64,000 bases of DNA from Argiope bruennichi (taxonomy: Eukaryota), in NCBI RefSeq assembly GCF_947563725.1, contig NC_079163.1, positions 54,694,922 to 54,758,921 of the forward strand. Direction: 5' to 3'. The translations under genes were made by a program, and so were the position numbers. Below are positions 26,544-39,769 of the stretch, one piece after another; the stretch's first letter is position 1; every line of letters starts with the position of its first letter. A model generated the notes under the pieces. That model did no database searches and was not told the origin of the DNA. It saw only the letters and a list, made by a program, of their open reading frames with translations.

Positions 26544-28188
26544 TTTTAAAAGAAAATGTAAACAGATAAAAATAAGCAATACATAGACTTCACACACACA
26601 AAAAAAAATAATAATAAATACTTGAATTAATAAGTAAAGCAGAAATAAAGAACTTGTAATAACTTTATTTTAAAGAATAGTACTAAATTTAACCACACAC
26701 TATCACTAAAAATGAGAATTAAAATTAGAAAACAAAACAGGGACTACAAAATTTATATTTGAAGGATATTATTTTAATCGAGTTGCACTAAATACAGAAA
26801 ATCAAATAAGCTCTCTAAAAAAGGTTGCGATGTTTGGAATTTCCTTTAACACTTAATTGTATATACGAAATAAAAAAAAATTTGCTAGACATAATTTCCA
26901 TTTAAATACAGAGCAAATCTTTTAGTATAAATCCATTACTTCATTTTTCAATTAAAGTAAATTCTTATAAAATATTCAAATCGAATTTCAACAGAGAAGT
27001 GTAAACACTTTAATACACAATAAGATAAACAAAGAAGGAATCTCTTCAGACCGATCAATGGCATAGATAATTCACAAATAATAAGGTTAAAAGAATCAAA
27101 TCTAATGAACAGCATACTAAAAATAAAAACAAGTTTGATTAAAAATATAAAATAAAAAAACATAACACATTTCAAGTATATTTAATAAAAAATATTCGAA
27201 ATGCATTGCAAAATTTGGTTAAAAATAAAACTATTCTGAAAAGATCATTAACTATTTAATTAAAATTGATGGCAAATAAATGATAAACCGAAAACTATGA
27301 TTTAGAATATGGAAGATGCATCGCATTTAAATGATAGTTAACCATTATGATCAATAAAAATGTAAAAGATTACCATTCTTTGTGCATCAGGAAGTGAGAA
27401 AGAGAGAATGCTGTATACGCATACCCGATACTGTAAAACACGCAAGCACAAAAGCAGTCCAATAAAGGGACAGTGGCTGAGCGACTGGGGAACAAAGGAC
27501 GTAGATATGCCCCGCACCCAAGATTTATGCAGAACCATCGAAATAAAACATTAATACGTTTATATATTAATGTTTTAGTCATATACAAAGTGGCGAGAAA
27601 AAAAAGTAAAACCTTGCCCTATTACCATTTACCTTTAAGAAATCACTGATGGCGAATAAGGATAGATAATTACATTATATCCTGGAGATTACTCACTATC
27701 GTTACGTCACTCTATAGAGAAGAGTCACAGTCAAAGTGAAGAGTTCTTTACTGAGCAACATGCCCCCTTTATAATTAATTTGCTCAATTTATGGAATTAT
27801 ATCCTTACAAATATTAATGTTGCAAGTAAACTGCAACAATCTCCTAAATCAAAGATTAATGATAATTTTATTAAAAAGTTTGACTAATTCTTTTTTCTAC
27901 ATTCATTTAGTTCTGATGCGACATTACATATAATAATGATACTGATGATAATGATATATTAACATAATTATTTTCTTTTTATAAAGGTACAGAAAGAAAG
28001 TTTTTTTTTTTACAGATTTTTTTCACTTTAAATGCAGTGATAAGCAGACTGCAGACCTCCAAAATTACAATTTAAATTTGAATTTTATTTAAGAATTTTG
28101 GGTACTATTTTGAATTCCTTTCAAGACAGGCTTACTCTTAAAGAATACAACACATTATTTAAATTTTGAATTAAATTAAGGAATATAC

Positions 28189-28285
28189 CTGGTGAAGTAA
28201 TATCAAAGTCATGCCAGGATTTTAATATTACTTTTGATGATTCAATATCTTTATGACTTGTATAATGAATTAATTGTGTACAAAC
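28189..28285 (-). CDS. Exon of the same gene (VCTQLIHYTSHKDIESSKVILKSWHDFDITSP)
   Basis: The acceptor is taattttatctttaaag|GTTTGTACAC and the donor is TTCACCAG|GTATATTCC. The segment lies inside the 80-aa ORF at 28121..28363. Confidence 0.5.
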
Positions 28286-29487
28286 CTTTAAAGATAAAAT
28301 TACTGGTAGTTTCAAAAATTTAGAATTTATTGAAATATATAAATTAATTTTAGGTTTATCCAAATTTTCTCTAACCTTAATAATATATTTAACTCAACAT
28401 GTCATAGTTGCAAATCGATGAAAATTTTTTTTTTCTGAACTAAAAATAATTAAATCGAAATTAAGATCAGCGACGTGCCAAGAGCGATTAAATAATTTAG
28501 GTTTAATTGTTTCAGAGAAAGATTGGTCAGATGAAATTTATTTAAATGGTATTATTGACGAACCCGCAAGTGAGAAAACAACAAGAATGTAGCTTCAATT
28601 TAACGTTTTAAAATTTTAATAAAAGTTTACTTTTTAATTTTTTACTACATATACACACTCGCATTTTCACATCACATATATAATGTGACGAAATAATCAT
28701 GTTAAATTTTGTAATTGTGAGAATATGATGCATCATCTTTTTATAAGAAAATTGGCTATATTCGGCACTCGCTTTATATTCGGTGTTTTAATAATGAATT
28801 ATTTAAATAAGTCATCAATTTGTTGAATACGTTAATAAAAATTTTTCTACGATTTTTTAAATTTTATATACAATGGTTTAAAAGATGTATGAATGTTTAC
28901 AGGGCACAAGAGCGTCTGAAGTTAAAAAGCACAATAGTGACTTCAACACTGGAACAGAGTCTGCATATATAACAGATTGAGTTAAGGAAATTGGCATTTT
29001 ATTACTTACAGTCTTTTGTCTAACATATCTTGTTTATAAGCAGACCAATAAGAATAGATTCAGAGATTAGTACTGACGCATTGACACATCTGAAGGATTT
29101 TTCCCAAATGCAAGTGATTCTTCTTAATATTTCAAAAAATATGAAAAATGAAAACATCGGACTTAAGTCCATGAACTGCCGATTTCAGGATAAATTATTG
29201 CAGGCCAAATGATGATTTTTCAGATTTATAATATATGTACATTATCCGTATAAAACTTTTTACATAAACATTTATTATAAACTATTTGTAACCGATATTA
29301 TGTTTATCATTTTATTTTATTTATGTTTATCATTTTATTTTGCAAAGACAAAGCTTATACATATTTAATATATTTAAATCATGCAAACATAAACAACTAA
29401 GATTTCTTCTTGTTTATAAGTCATTTTTGTAATTTAAGAATTATATACGAATTATATCAATGAAAAATAGAACAGACAGCAACTTAC

Positions 29488-29624
29488 ATCATTTTTCAGA
29501 GGTTCTTCAATCTGAATACATTTAACTGTACCATTCAACAATGCTGCAAATATAAATTCTGGAGAGTCAACAGAATTCGAATATAAATTTATACCTAAAA
29601 CCCAGTCGTTAGATCTGAAATATG
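29488..29624 (-). CDS. Exon of the same gene (RSNDWVLGINLYSNSVDSPEFIFAALLNGTVKCIQIEEPLKNDV)
   Basis: The acceptor is tttcatatttcag|ATCTAACGAC and the donor is AATGAT|GTAAGTTGC, a perfect GTAAGT. Confidence 0.6.
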
Positions 29625-31341
29625 AAAAATAGTGTTACACCTACAGATAACCAAAACAAGTATTAGTCATAGCTTAACAAAATTATTAATTATACATATG
29701 CAATTTTGATGAAATGCGTCTTTACTTAAGCATAATGGAACTGAAGCATCTTAACTTTTTTCAGTGTATAAAAATATTTATTAATTTAATTTTATACATA
29801 ATATTAAAATCCATTACCAATCTAATGAAATTCCTTCGATAGCTTTTGATCGTTAGGTGAAAAATAAGGGGAAAAGATATACTACTTTCTGTACTCAGTA
29901 TTGCTTTTAGTCACAGCTCCGAATTTCTGCTGCTGCGCAAGTACAATAATAGAACATTCGTTTCTTTATAAAATTAAAAAGGCGATTCCGAAAATAAGGT
30001 TCTAAAAACACTAGAAATGTCGTTTTATGCGGGTTTTTTCCCCCACAGAAGTAACTCTTCATGAGCCAAAAATTAGAAAATAATTTTCAATGAAAGATAA
30101 ATAAAAATTTAGAAATAGTGTACCATATAATTTTTCTATAAATAAATCGAAAAATAACATTATTACATGTGCATTATTTAATACAAATTTTGTGATTTTT
30201 TTTATTGCTCAGCCATACTGAGAAGATTTTTATAAATGAGAGTAAGAATTTCAAAATAACCAAGAAGCTTTATTTCAAAGTTCATTTTTTAAAAGAAAAT
30301 TAATTAAAAACTAGCAATTGCTTAGCTACAATTTTTTAATAAAATTTACCTACATCAAGACGGAAATCTAATTATTATTTTTATTAATTTATAATTAAAC
30401 TTTTCATAAAGGTAAATTTTATATCAAAAAGCAAAACTATATATGCTGTAACATAAGTATATGTTAGAGCACCCATTGCTGCACAAACTACCACTAACTC
30501 TAAGAAATGGGAAAGCAGCCCTCTGAGCATATACAAAAATAGCAGATGGCATGATAATTTCATCAACAAATAGTAATCCTTCTCCACTTCACTAAGCGCA
30601 AATCGGGCAATCGACAGTTTAAAATATTTTTTTCTCCGTGTTACCGCTTTATTACTGTATTTTACTGAAATCTCAGGCCAGAGGGAATTTAACATCATTA
30701 TAAAAGGTTGAATATTATTAAATATTTCACTTATTTTATACTTTTTTAAAAATAACAATTTAAAAAGCCCTTTTTTTGAAGAGTCACATTTTTTTTTTTT
30801 TTTTTTTTTGTACTTTTTTACATTCGTCCTTTTTTTCCAAATTTTGGAGCACAAATTGACAATTTATGTATTCTTAGATTTTTATTTAAGATTTTTTTTA
30901 AATAATACTTATTTTCTGCACATGAAATCGTTAAGAAATTTAATTAATGTAATTTGTAGCATTTATTCAGAAAAAAACTGTGTTTTACATCTAAAATATG
31001 CGCTACCTTATTCAAATTAAATACATTACTGCGTTCAATAGCACATTTTGCATCACTTTTTACAAATTATAAAAATTGAGAGCTCCAAACAAATAGTTTT
31101 TCAAGAAAACGCACACAGCTGTCCTCTGTTCTCTCATCCAATGCTAGATTTTGTGCCATTTAGCATTAATTTATTTCGCAAGCAGTATGATCTACAATTA
31201 TGTTGTTGTTGTTGCTAATCTCCATGGTCTGACTTAGTCAGACCAAATCCAAAAATCCATTGACAAGAAGAAAGTCAAAAACGAGAAAGGGAGAAGAATA
31301 AATTTCTCCCCAATGAATTGGTTTTGTATCACAAGGTTGTA

Positions 31342-32640
31342 TCAATTGGTTTTTCTATCACAAGGAAGAATTAAGGACTGGCCCGGCTTATTGGCTCTAT
31401 ACCAATAATGAGTAGGGGGAACCATCCAATTCTTCTTATTTAGGAATTTCGCCTGAGAGAAAAGTTCTAAGTATGTGAGCTCAGCAGAAGATGAAGTCGC
31501 TAGGCTGCTTCTTTTCTTTGCAAGCCTGTCTGCTATTTTGTTACCAAGTAGATCCACATGAGATGAGATCCACTGGAAATGAATATCATGTTGGAGTGAA
31601 ATCAGCTTCAACTTCTGAAGAATAGACCAACTTGCTTTATCTCCAACATAGGTCCAATTGTTAAGGTGTTCCATTGAGCTGCGGCTATCAGTAAGAATCC
31701 AAAGGTTCTTATAATTATTTTCGTGTAAAATGATCTTAAGTCCCTCATCGATTGCTAGAAGTTCGTTTCTAAAAACAGAACAGAAGTCTGGATTTCGTTG
31801 ACATAGAGAAAAACTAGACTGAGGAGTTACAATGTAGATGCCACTACCTGCAAAATTGTCGATTTTGCTGCCATCAGTATACAATTTAATGTCACATGTA
31901 GGGATTTTATTAATGACTTCCAAGGTCAATTGTCTAAGGTATTCTGACGCATTTTCCTTTTTATTAATGGGAACAGGAAGGTTGAAATGAAAGTGAACCC
32001 TGGTAAGTTCTTCAGTAGGATTCACACAGGAATGAAGAGAATGTGGCTCTACGTTTTTAGGAATTATATTCTGAGTATTCTGATTATTATATTATATTAT
32101 ATTATATTCTGACTTGAATAAAGGGACTATTTTTCTTGAGTCTCTGGAGGTTAGTCCAATTACTTAGGTATTTTGAGGTGTTGTTTTCAATGCCATAACT
32201 GGAAAGTTTGTTGTAATATTTGATAAGGTTAGCATGTCTTCTAACATGGAGAGGTTTCAGGTCGGCTTCATAAAGGACAATATCTGAGGGGCAACTTCTT
32301 TTCAGACCAGTTATTATACGAGCTGCACTCAGCTGAACCTGATCAAGTTTCTTCAAGTTGGAAATGGAGGCACAGCAATAAATTGGGAATCCATATTCAA
32401 GTAAAGGTCTGATGATAGCTAGATAGGTAGTTCTAAGGGTAGTCGTGTCAGCTCCCCAGTATCTACAATTATAAATGTTTGAAATGTCACCACCAATATT
32501 ATTTGGAAAATATAAGAAATCTTTAAAATGTAACTCTGACAAAAATAAATAGGTCAAAAACCGAAGTGTGTTCACTGTGATTTTGTGAGTTTCATTGCAT
32601 AACATCATGCCAATGAAAAAACAAAAACATCTACATTTAA
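31342..32640 (-). mobile_element. Non-LTR retrotransposon pol fragment of the I/R1-like clade (RT C-terminal thumb region plus RNase H). It is 5'-truncated and frameshifted.
   Basis: The ORF at 32102..32608 reads ...YLAIIRPLLEYGFPIYCCASISNLKKLDQVQLSAARIITGLKRSCPSDIVLYEADLKPLHVRRHANLIKYYNKL. The ORF at 31342..32025 has RNase H motifs: YTDGSK...AGSGIY, NELLAIDEGLK, ILTDSRSS, ISSHVDLLGNKIADRLAKK. The two ORFs are separated by a (TATTA)n-containing frameshift region. Confidence 0.75.
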
Positions 32641-33479
32641 GATTCAGAAATTTCTAACAATTCCTGGTGGAAACATAAATAGAAATCCTTATTGTATTTA
32701 ATTATCGAATCAACACACACGCTAGAAATAAGAGTTTACAATGATTTTTTTTACAAGAGCAGGTTTTAAGTTAGCCATAAGAAAGTAGGAAAAAGAAAAC
32801 AGGCAGTGAATAGAATATAGTTTATATTTTGAACAGCTGCATCCCCGAAATGATTTTTTTAAAAATGAAACTATGATACAAAAGGGACAAGAATGGAATT
32901 GTAATATTTCAAATCAATGAAATGTTTAAAAAGTTGGCAATAAAGAATTACTAATTAAAAAATCAACTAGATTTTTTTTTTCTTGACAGTAGAAAAATAT
33001 TTAGAAATCTTATGGTTATGAATATTTGGCTTATATTTTCAATCTTAAGAACATGACATTTGAATAATTATATCTACATGTAAAAAAACGATAAATTTCT
33101 GCAAGATTTAAAAATATATTCAAAGTTCTAAAGACAAGACGGAACTGATAAAGAGTTATATCGAAATGCAATATATATTATTTACAGTTGATTTTTAAAT
33201 AATAAACTTTCTTTCTTCTCTTAACCTTCTCTTTTTTCCTTTAAATAAACGAACTTACTATTGGGCAAATCAAAATATTAGGTGCAAAAGTTATCATAAA
33301 GTATAATACTCGGTACATTTTTAATAAGTAATCATCGGAAAGCTTCCCCGAAAATCAATAAATAATTAAAACTTACAAAACTACACATAAATTCCATATA
33401 AAAGTATGTTCAAATACAAACCAATAAAGCATCATTACTTGGGAAGAAAATAGTCAAATTGTTACGAAATTTCCGGGGT

Positions 33480-35340
33480 TCGTTTGGATAGTGGGAGTGA
33501 TATGGTGTGGGGAATGCTCAATCATCAGGCGGCAGTAGAAAATAAAATAACGACGTTTATTTACACGAAGACTCACAGGACAGCACAAAGACGACAACTA
33601 TATACAGCACAGAAGACGATTATCTTCAGCCGAGACGTGCAGCATACAACAGCATACAACCAGACTCTACTGCAGACAGTAGCGCACAGCTTAGTTCAGC
33701 ACTAGCTTCACTCCGTCGCTGCTCCGCTTTCTCTGGAAGGCCAGTTCTTTATCGTCGATTCCGACTACTCTCCACCGTCGATCCCGACTACTCATCTCTG
33801 TCGCTTCCGACTACGACTCCGATCTGGTTCACTACTCAATTCACGACGACCCCGGCAGGCGGGATTTGGCGATTATGGAGCACCCGCCTCGCGAAGCGAG
33901 GCTATCATCTTCCTTGCAACAGTTAAAAACTTGCGTCTAAGTATGCCCTAAACTGGTGGCAAACTGAGGTCGATATGGTTCTTCACAGTGACCGGGTTTC
34001 AGAGACTGGGAGTGGGAGAGGGGGTGAGTTCGCTTGACCAACGGGGAGGCAGCAAGTCGGTGGAGTAGGAGTGGGTGAGGTTTTCTGGATTTTCCGGGTT
34101 CCGAGGGTCAGGTGGTGGATTAACTATTGTACGAGTTCAGCGAATCAGGAGCTTGCTAAGTGCAGGTGGGCGGGAGAGTTGGAGCTTATTCAAGAAGTGC
34201 ATTGAGGAGGATCAGTTTCCGTTCTTCTTTGGACTTCGATTCTTTTAATTTGTCTGCTATTGTCAGGAGGCCTGGGAATTCTATTATTAGTTTCTTGATT
34301 TCTTTAAATGCTTCTATTATACTATGTATTTCTGAGAAATCAGGGATGGTGGTATGGGCTGCTGTTGTTGGGCTGGACTCAGATGGTTTCCTTTGGTTCC
34401 TGGGTCACTGTTGGGATTTAGATTGGGTTTGAGTTATTTCGGGATTACTTTCTGGGATTCTTTTTCTGAGGGTCTCAGCATATGATCTTCTGGTTCCTGT
34501 TGATGTAGATGGGTAGGCAGGACACCCCTTCAAAGAAGCTAAATGTCCTAACCCTTTGCAATTTATACATACTGGCTCCGGAATTCTTCCTTTAATGCTG
34601 CAGTCCGCCGTCAGGTGGTTTCCATTGCATTTAATGCAGCGCGGATTGCAACTGCAATTCCGCGCTGTGATGAAAGCCAGAACATCTGAAACACATCGGG
34701 GCTTTGGCTGGTTTCCTATAGGTTTCAATCCTAACCCTCATGTAGGACAGGTGGTTTATGTTGTAAATATTACTGTAGTTTCCTACTTTTTTTATCTCAA
34801 TCAGGAATATGGGGTGAAAGGTCTGAGTTCTGAAGTTCTTTAGTTGCGAGATCCGTAAAACTGCGAAATTTAGTTCTTCTAGTTCCCTTTTGAGTTCATC
34901 TTTGTTGTGGTTTCCTGGTAGCCCTTTGATGATAACTTTAATTGGTCTATTGGTGGGATCTTCGGAGATATTCTTTTTTCTTTTTATTGAGGATTTCTAT
35001 GATGCTTAGTCTGTCCGACTCTGAAGTTGTAGTTATCTTGATGAATCCGTTATTGAGCTTATTGTCGGTACCTGGGTATTTTCTGCAGATCTCTTGCAGG
35101 ATTAAATTGTAGTCTTCAGTTAGTTCACGACGACCCCGGCAGCTGCAGACTGCCTCCTTTTATAGGTCTCAGGAGGCGGGGCTAGAAGCCTCTCAACCAA
35201 TCAGGAACGTTCGAGGCGTATCTCGGTTCCTAATGGACGGATCGGGAAAATTCTCGATGTTTCGGGTATAATCTATTTTGGCGCCAAATTCGTCGCCAAG
35301 CTCTGGGACCTCCTATGGAACTAACTATGCTGGGAAGCCG
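33480..35340. repeat. GC-rich island made of a retroelement remnant plus flanks, including a tandem approximately 15-bp motif (TCGATTCCGACTACT-like) at 33745-33830
   Basis: The composition shifts sharply at about 33480 and about 35340. Tandem imperfect copies of CGTCGATYCCGACTACTC are visible. Confidence 0.5.
33859..35123 (-). mobile_element. Non-LTR retrotransposon ORF1 (gag-like) remnant with three CCHC zinc knuckles
   Basis: The minus-strand translation reads ...CFRCSGFHH..., then a frameshift, then CIKCNGNHLTADC and CINCKGLGHLASLKGC. This overlaps the 107-aa ORF at 34405..34728. The segment is GC-rich against the AT-rich background. It is flanked by a 19-bp direct repeat TTCACGACGACCCCGGCAG at 33840-33858 and 35124-35142. 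Confidence 0.65.
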
Positions 35341-35915
35341 CATTACAGATTCGTAACAATATTGTTATATAAACATAAAAGAAAAAGAAGCTAATAGTTT
35401 TAATAATGTTGAACTAATTCTATAAGTCTGCTTACAGAAACAGAGAGAAAACTATGATTAAAATTATAAACGTTATGATATCTTATAAAATTTTACTTAA
35501 ATACGAAAGCGTAAATAATATTTTATTCTTATAAAATTCAGCAAATAAAATACGCTATTTTAGTTTTAATTTTAAAAGCTTTTCAGAATATAGTAATGCA
35601 ATATTTAAAATTATGCTCAACAGTCATCAGAGAAACAAATGCTGATTGGTATAAATCGTGATATGTTCTTACAGTTACCAAAATAATAAACAATTAACTA
35701 AGTTACATATCATTAAAACTTTCGTTTCAATGGCCAACATATTTTCGTTGAACAAATTTAATAATTGGGGAAGTATCATCATATACAAGTGAATTAATTT
35801 TCACTTTTTACAACGTTATGAAAATGTCAAAAAATAAACTGATTAACAGCATGCATAAATACCTATAAAGCATACATACAAATCTATTTAGTGAAAAAAC
35901 GACAAATACATACAC

Positions 35916-36048
35916 ATTAATTGTTTTCTTCACATCAGAATTAATAAGGACGAAATTTCCCGACTTCAAACCAACTACAATTGTTTCAGTTGTCCCACTT
36001 GCATCAAGGCACAGCACTTCACTGTCAAAATAGTGTGAATTCTCAGCA
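35916..36048 (-). CDS. WD40 gene exon (AENSHYFDSEVLCLDASGTTETIVVGLKSGNFVLINSDVKKTINV). The donor is ambiguous by 2-4 nt.
   Basis: The acceptor is attttccttgcag|TGCTGAGAA. Candidate donors are GTGTAT, GTATGT and GTATTT in tandem. The segment overlaps the ORF at 35808..36017. Confidence 0.55.
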
Positions 36049-37039
36049 CTGCAAGGAAAATTGAATAATTTAGATTTCTTATGTTAAAACCTAAAGCCTT
36101 TGTTATACCTTATACTCTACAAATATGACAGAACATATCAGTGATCACATAAATATAAATTATGGTATTTATTTTCAAAATTAAAAGCAAAATGGCAACA
36201 TTTTCACAGTAAAAAAAAAGAAAAAAGTAATAACATGTACATACTATGTCGCTTGAGTTCAAAACTTCAGTTAAAGAAAAGATGTAATGGAGAAAACAAT
36301 TAAGTCAATTACCCTAAGTAAAAGTTTGTCGACCTGAACAAATCTGTTTTATTAAAATATTTTTATTAATCTCAGCGTTGTAGATATTAATACTTATAGA
36401 GATGTTCCATTTCATTGTAAACATTGTAAAAGGCTAGAACATTAAGAATTATAAATACTTGACATTGTCCGGGTATATTGTATATAGTTCACAAAAAGAA
36501 TTCCATTTCTAAAAGAAAATAATCTTGCTTTACGAAATGGGGAAATAAATTCATAAATAATATATATATTACAAATTTTTAAAAGCGATAGTGAATTTTT
36601 TTTAAAAAAAACACAACAACCTTTATTGCCATTATTACTTACCTCATTATTATAATCTTTTAATAAAAATCTTCACATATTTAACACTTATTCTTAATTT
36701 TTTTAAATTTAAACTTTCAAATTAATGTAGTATAGAAATTAATGTGGATTTAGGTCTAAGAGTTCCACAGTTTGATATTTTTTTCTTTTCTTTTTCGTTT
36801 AGTGTGGATTTAAGTTTAAAAGTTCTAGAAATTTTTTTTTTCTTTTTTTTTTTAAATATTAGTTAGGCAGATTTTTAGGCAAGGTTAGGTTATCATGCAG
36901 ATTTCGCAGGCAAGTAATTCAACCGCAAAGGGGAAAACAGAAATTTTAAGCTATAAATTATTTGGGATATTCTGATTGTGAATATTCGTGCAGTAAATAT
37001 TGCGAAGTTCGCGCAGTAAATATTCTTAAAAATGACTCC

Positions 37040-37425
37040 CCCCCTCCCCCCGTTTTGAAAGAGAAAGCAGCAAAAATTGCTTCTCAATTGTGAAATCAAG
37101 GAGTCTCAGCTTCAAACTATTAGAGTAACAGTTGTTTGTGACGATTCTGCTTCAGTCGATTCTGAGACTGTTCAAGACTGTGGAAAAAAAACATTAACAT
37201 CTTTGAAACAATATTCTAATAAAAATATTTCAATATTAACCACACAGGACTGCTTTAGAAATTTCTTCCTGATAAGACTTTTCCAGTGAAAAGTTACAGC
37301 TGTCATGAGGAGAAATTATCGAAACCGCGATTGATTGTTTTGCTGCGCACCGATTTAGACGTGAATAAATAGTTAACACCATTAGTTGCTGGAAAATTAA
37401 AAAAAAAAAAAAATGGGGGGGGGGC
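37040..37425. repeat. Segment of about 385 bp bounded by a C-rich run (CCCCCCCTCCCCCC) and a G10 run, with similar CGTTTTGAAAG / CGTTTTAAGAA sequences just inside each end
   Basis: The homopolymers at the two ends are inverted in sense. A second C13 run occurs at 12304-12316. Confidence 0.4.
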
Positions 37426-38260
37426 GTTTTAAGAATGCAAAAGGTTTTTATACTAAATATATCTCAAACAAAAAATCTTGAATGACAAGTACTATTTTTG
37501 AAAACTACTTTCGCAACTAGAACAAAGAAATGCAGTTTTTTTTTATGTGATTAATGCGAAGCCCATATTGTAGATTTAAAGTTACAAAATACACGAAAAA
37601 AAAATTTAGAAAACTGATATTCAAACCATGGCGAAGGAAGAAATAAATGGTATTGTAATCTAAACTAATTTTTTACTTATTGTAATTTAAACTAATTTTT
37701 AAGCATTTACTAAAGCAGGAAAGCTCTCTTAGGCGTGTTGATCGTAAAGCGAAATCTCTAGTTGCAATATGAACACTATTGCTGTGTTCTGCCTGCTTGC
37801 GTCGAGTTTTTTTCAAGTGTTGGTCTTCGTCTCTTTTTTACCCTGTGCTCCATGTTTTCAAGTGGAATAATGGGTTATTTTCCATTATCCGACTTGTTGG
37901 ACTTCACCGCACACAAACCAAACGTTTTCCGTAATAACATAAATGTGAATAATTATACTAACATATTTACATGTAACAATTGTTGGTTTCTGTTGACTTA
38001 AATATACGTTCCAATTATTGCAATATAGCAAATTACTGAAAAGATTTTTTTTTTAATTTAACAAATAAATTTTTATTGATACTAAAAGCAATACACTGAT
38101 TTTTTTCACTTAGTATGGAATCCGAAATCTTTTATGATTTTGTATAATCTTCAAAATAAGAGGGGAAACAAGTTTATGTTATACTTTTAACAAAACAACT
38201 TTAAATTTTCGAATTATGGAGCATGTGACTAATTTTTAAAAAATGGAAAAATGTACATAC

Positions 38261-38415
38261 TGAAAACTGTAGATAGAATTGTTATCAGAAGTACTGCGTT
38301 CAAAATATAAAACATCGATAAAATATTTATCGCCATCATCTGCTGTCTGAGTGACTGCACAAACCAGTTTCTTGTCTTGAAGCAATGACAGTGATTTGAC
38401 ATATCCCCCAGCATA
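38261..38415 (-). CDS. WD40 gene exon (YAGGYVKSLSLLQDKKLVCAVTQTADDGDKYFIDVLYFERSTSDNNSIYSFQ)
   Basis: The acceptor is ttttctttgcgatgttttag|TATGCTGGG and the donor is TTTTCA|GTATGTAC. Confidence 0.6.
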
Positions 38416-38803
38416 CTAAAACATCGCAAAGAAAAATCACAAAATTATTAGGAATCAGAAAAAGAAAAAAAAAATGTAAACCTACCACACAAAAATTTGA
38501 TACAACACTCAAAATCAAAACTAAAGTTGAAGATAGATAAATTACTATAAGAGGATTATACTGGTGGGAAAACCCCCATCAAATTCAATATTCGTAACCT
38601 ACAAGAAGATATTTTAAGTATAAACACAAAAAAATAACTATAAAAATCATTATATATATATTTAAGACAAAAAAATTATTTCATATAAATTTCTATTTTA
38701 ATAGAGCTACATATCTTCTATCTCAAATGTGTTTATTCGAAAATTAAAAATGATTATCAAGTACTATCACTAATAAATCATGAAATAAATTAATTGAACT
38801 CAC

Positions 38804-39088
38804 TGTTTTCTTTCCAGCAAACAAAAATGGAGTATCTGTTGAGAAATCCAATTTCCAAATAATAACATTACCATATGCGTCTGAACTGATAATTTCTTCT
38901 CGTGAAACAGAAAAACAAAAATCAGTTATGCTAGCTAAATGCTCTGGATGAATATCTCCTGGTTCCTCAGGTATTTTCCACAAATTAACAGTACCATCTA
39001 AAGAGCAGGATAAAATTTCACCACTTTGGCTAGTACAGCAAGAAGTAATGCCTCTATTGTGACCTTCCAATGAATATGAAAATGCTCT
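38804..39088 (-). CDS. WD40 gene exon (RAFSYSLEGHNRGITSCCTSQSGEILSCSLDGTVNLWKIPEEPGDIHPEHLASITDFCFSVSREEIISSDAYGNVIIWKLDFSTDTPFLFAGKKT)
   Basis: The acceptor is tttttatttttattttag|AGAGCATTT and the donor is GAAAACA|GTGAGTTC. The segment is 285 nt and covers the 108-aa ORF at 38744..39070. It contains two WD repeats. Confidence 0.75.
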
Positions 39089-39769
39089 CTAAAATAAAAA
39101 TAAAAAAATTTAAAGATGCTATTTGTTAGACTATTTTTCAAAACCTGAACTAATCACATTTTTACTAGAGTATTTCAGACAAAGTTAAACGTCTTTATAT
39201 CAATATAGTTAATTCATGGGTAAAACCATTTTTCTAAAATACAGAATGGAAAAATTAAGCAACAATTCATTAAATAGAAATATTTAGAGATATTCCAAAT
39301 ATTTATGCACAAAAAACTTGATAAGAACTGATAAGACAAGCTGATAAGAACCCCATTTATTGAAAATTAACAATTGATAAAGAAATCTCAAAGCTCTATT
39401 AAACACACAAATTTATAGAGATGCATAATCCACGATTTTTTGAATAACAAATAATATTGCTATTGTTATTTTTAAATATGCGTTCCAAATATCTGTTATT
39501 TCAATCATATTATTAATTAAAAATTATTACTTAATATTAAATATAAAATTTATTAATTGTAATTAATACTTAATTTACTAATTTAATTAACGTGTGATTG
39601 AATTAATTTATCTGTTTCAGCTTACTTCTTAAATTTTATTTTTTTTCTCAAAACTATTTATTTAATTTATTTATTAGAGTGAACCATTTTCTGGAAAAGA
39701 TGAGTTAAAAATATATGTCATTTCTTTAAAATGTTTACTTTAGTTCTATATTCTACCAATAGATGGCGC

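Noticed and set aside
36880-36900. GGTTAGGTTA, a telomere-like motif
   Set aside because: It is a single occurrence with about 2 units, not a telomeric or interstitial telomeric array.
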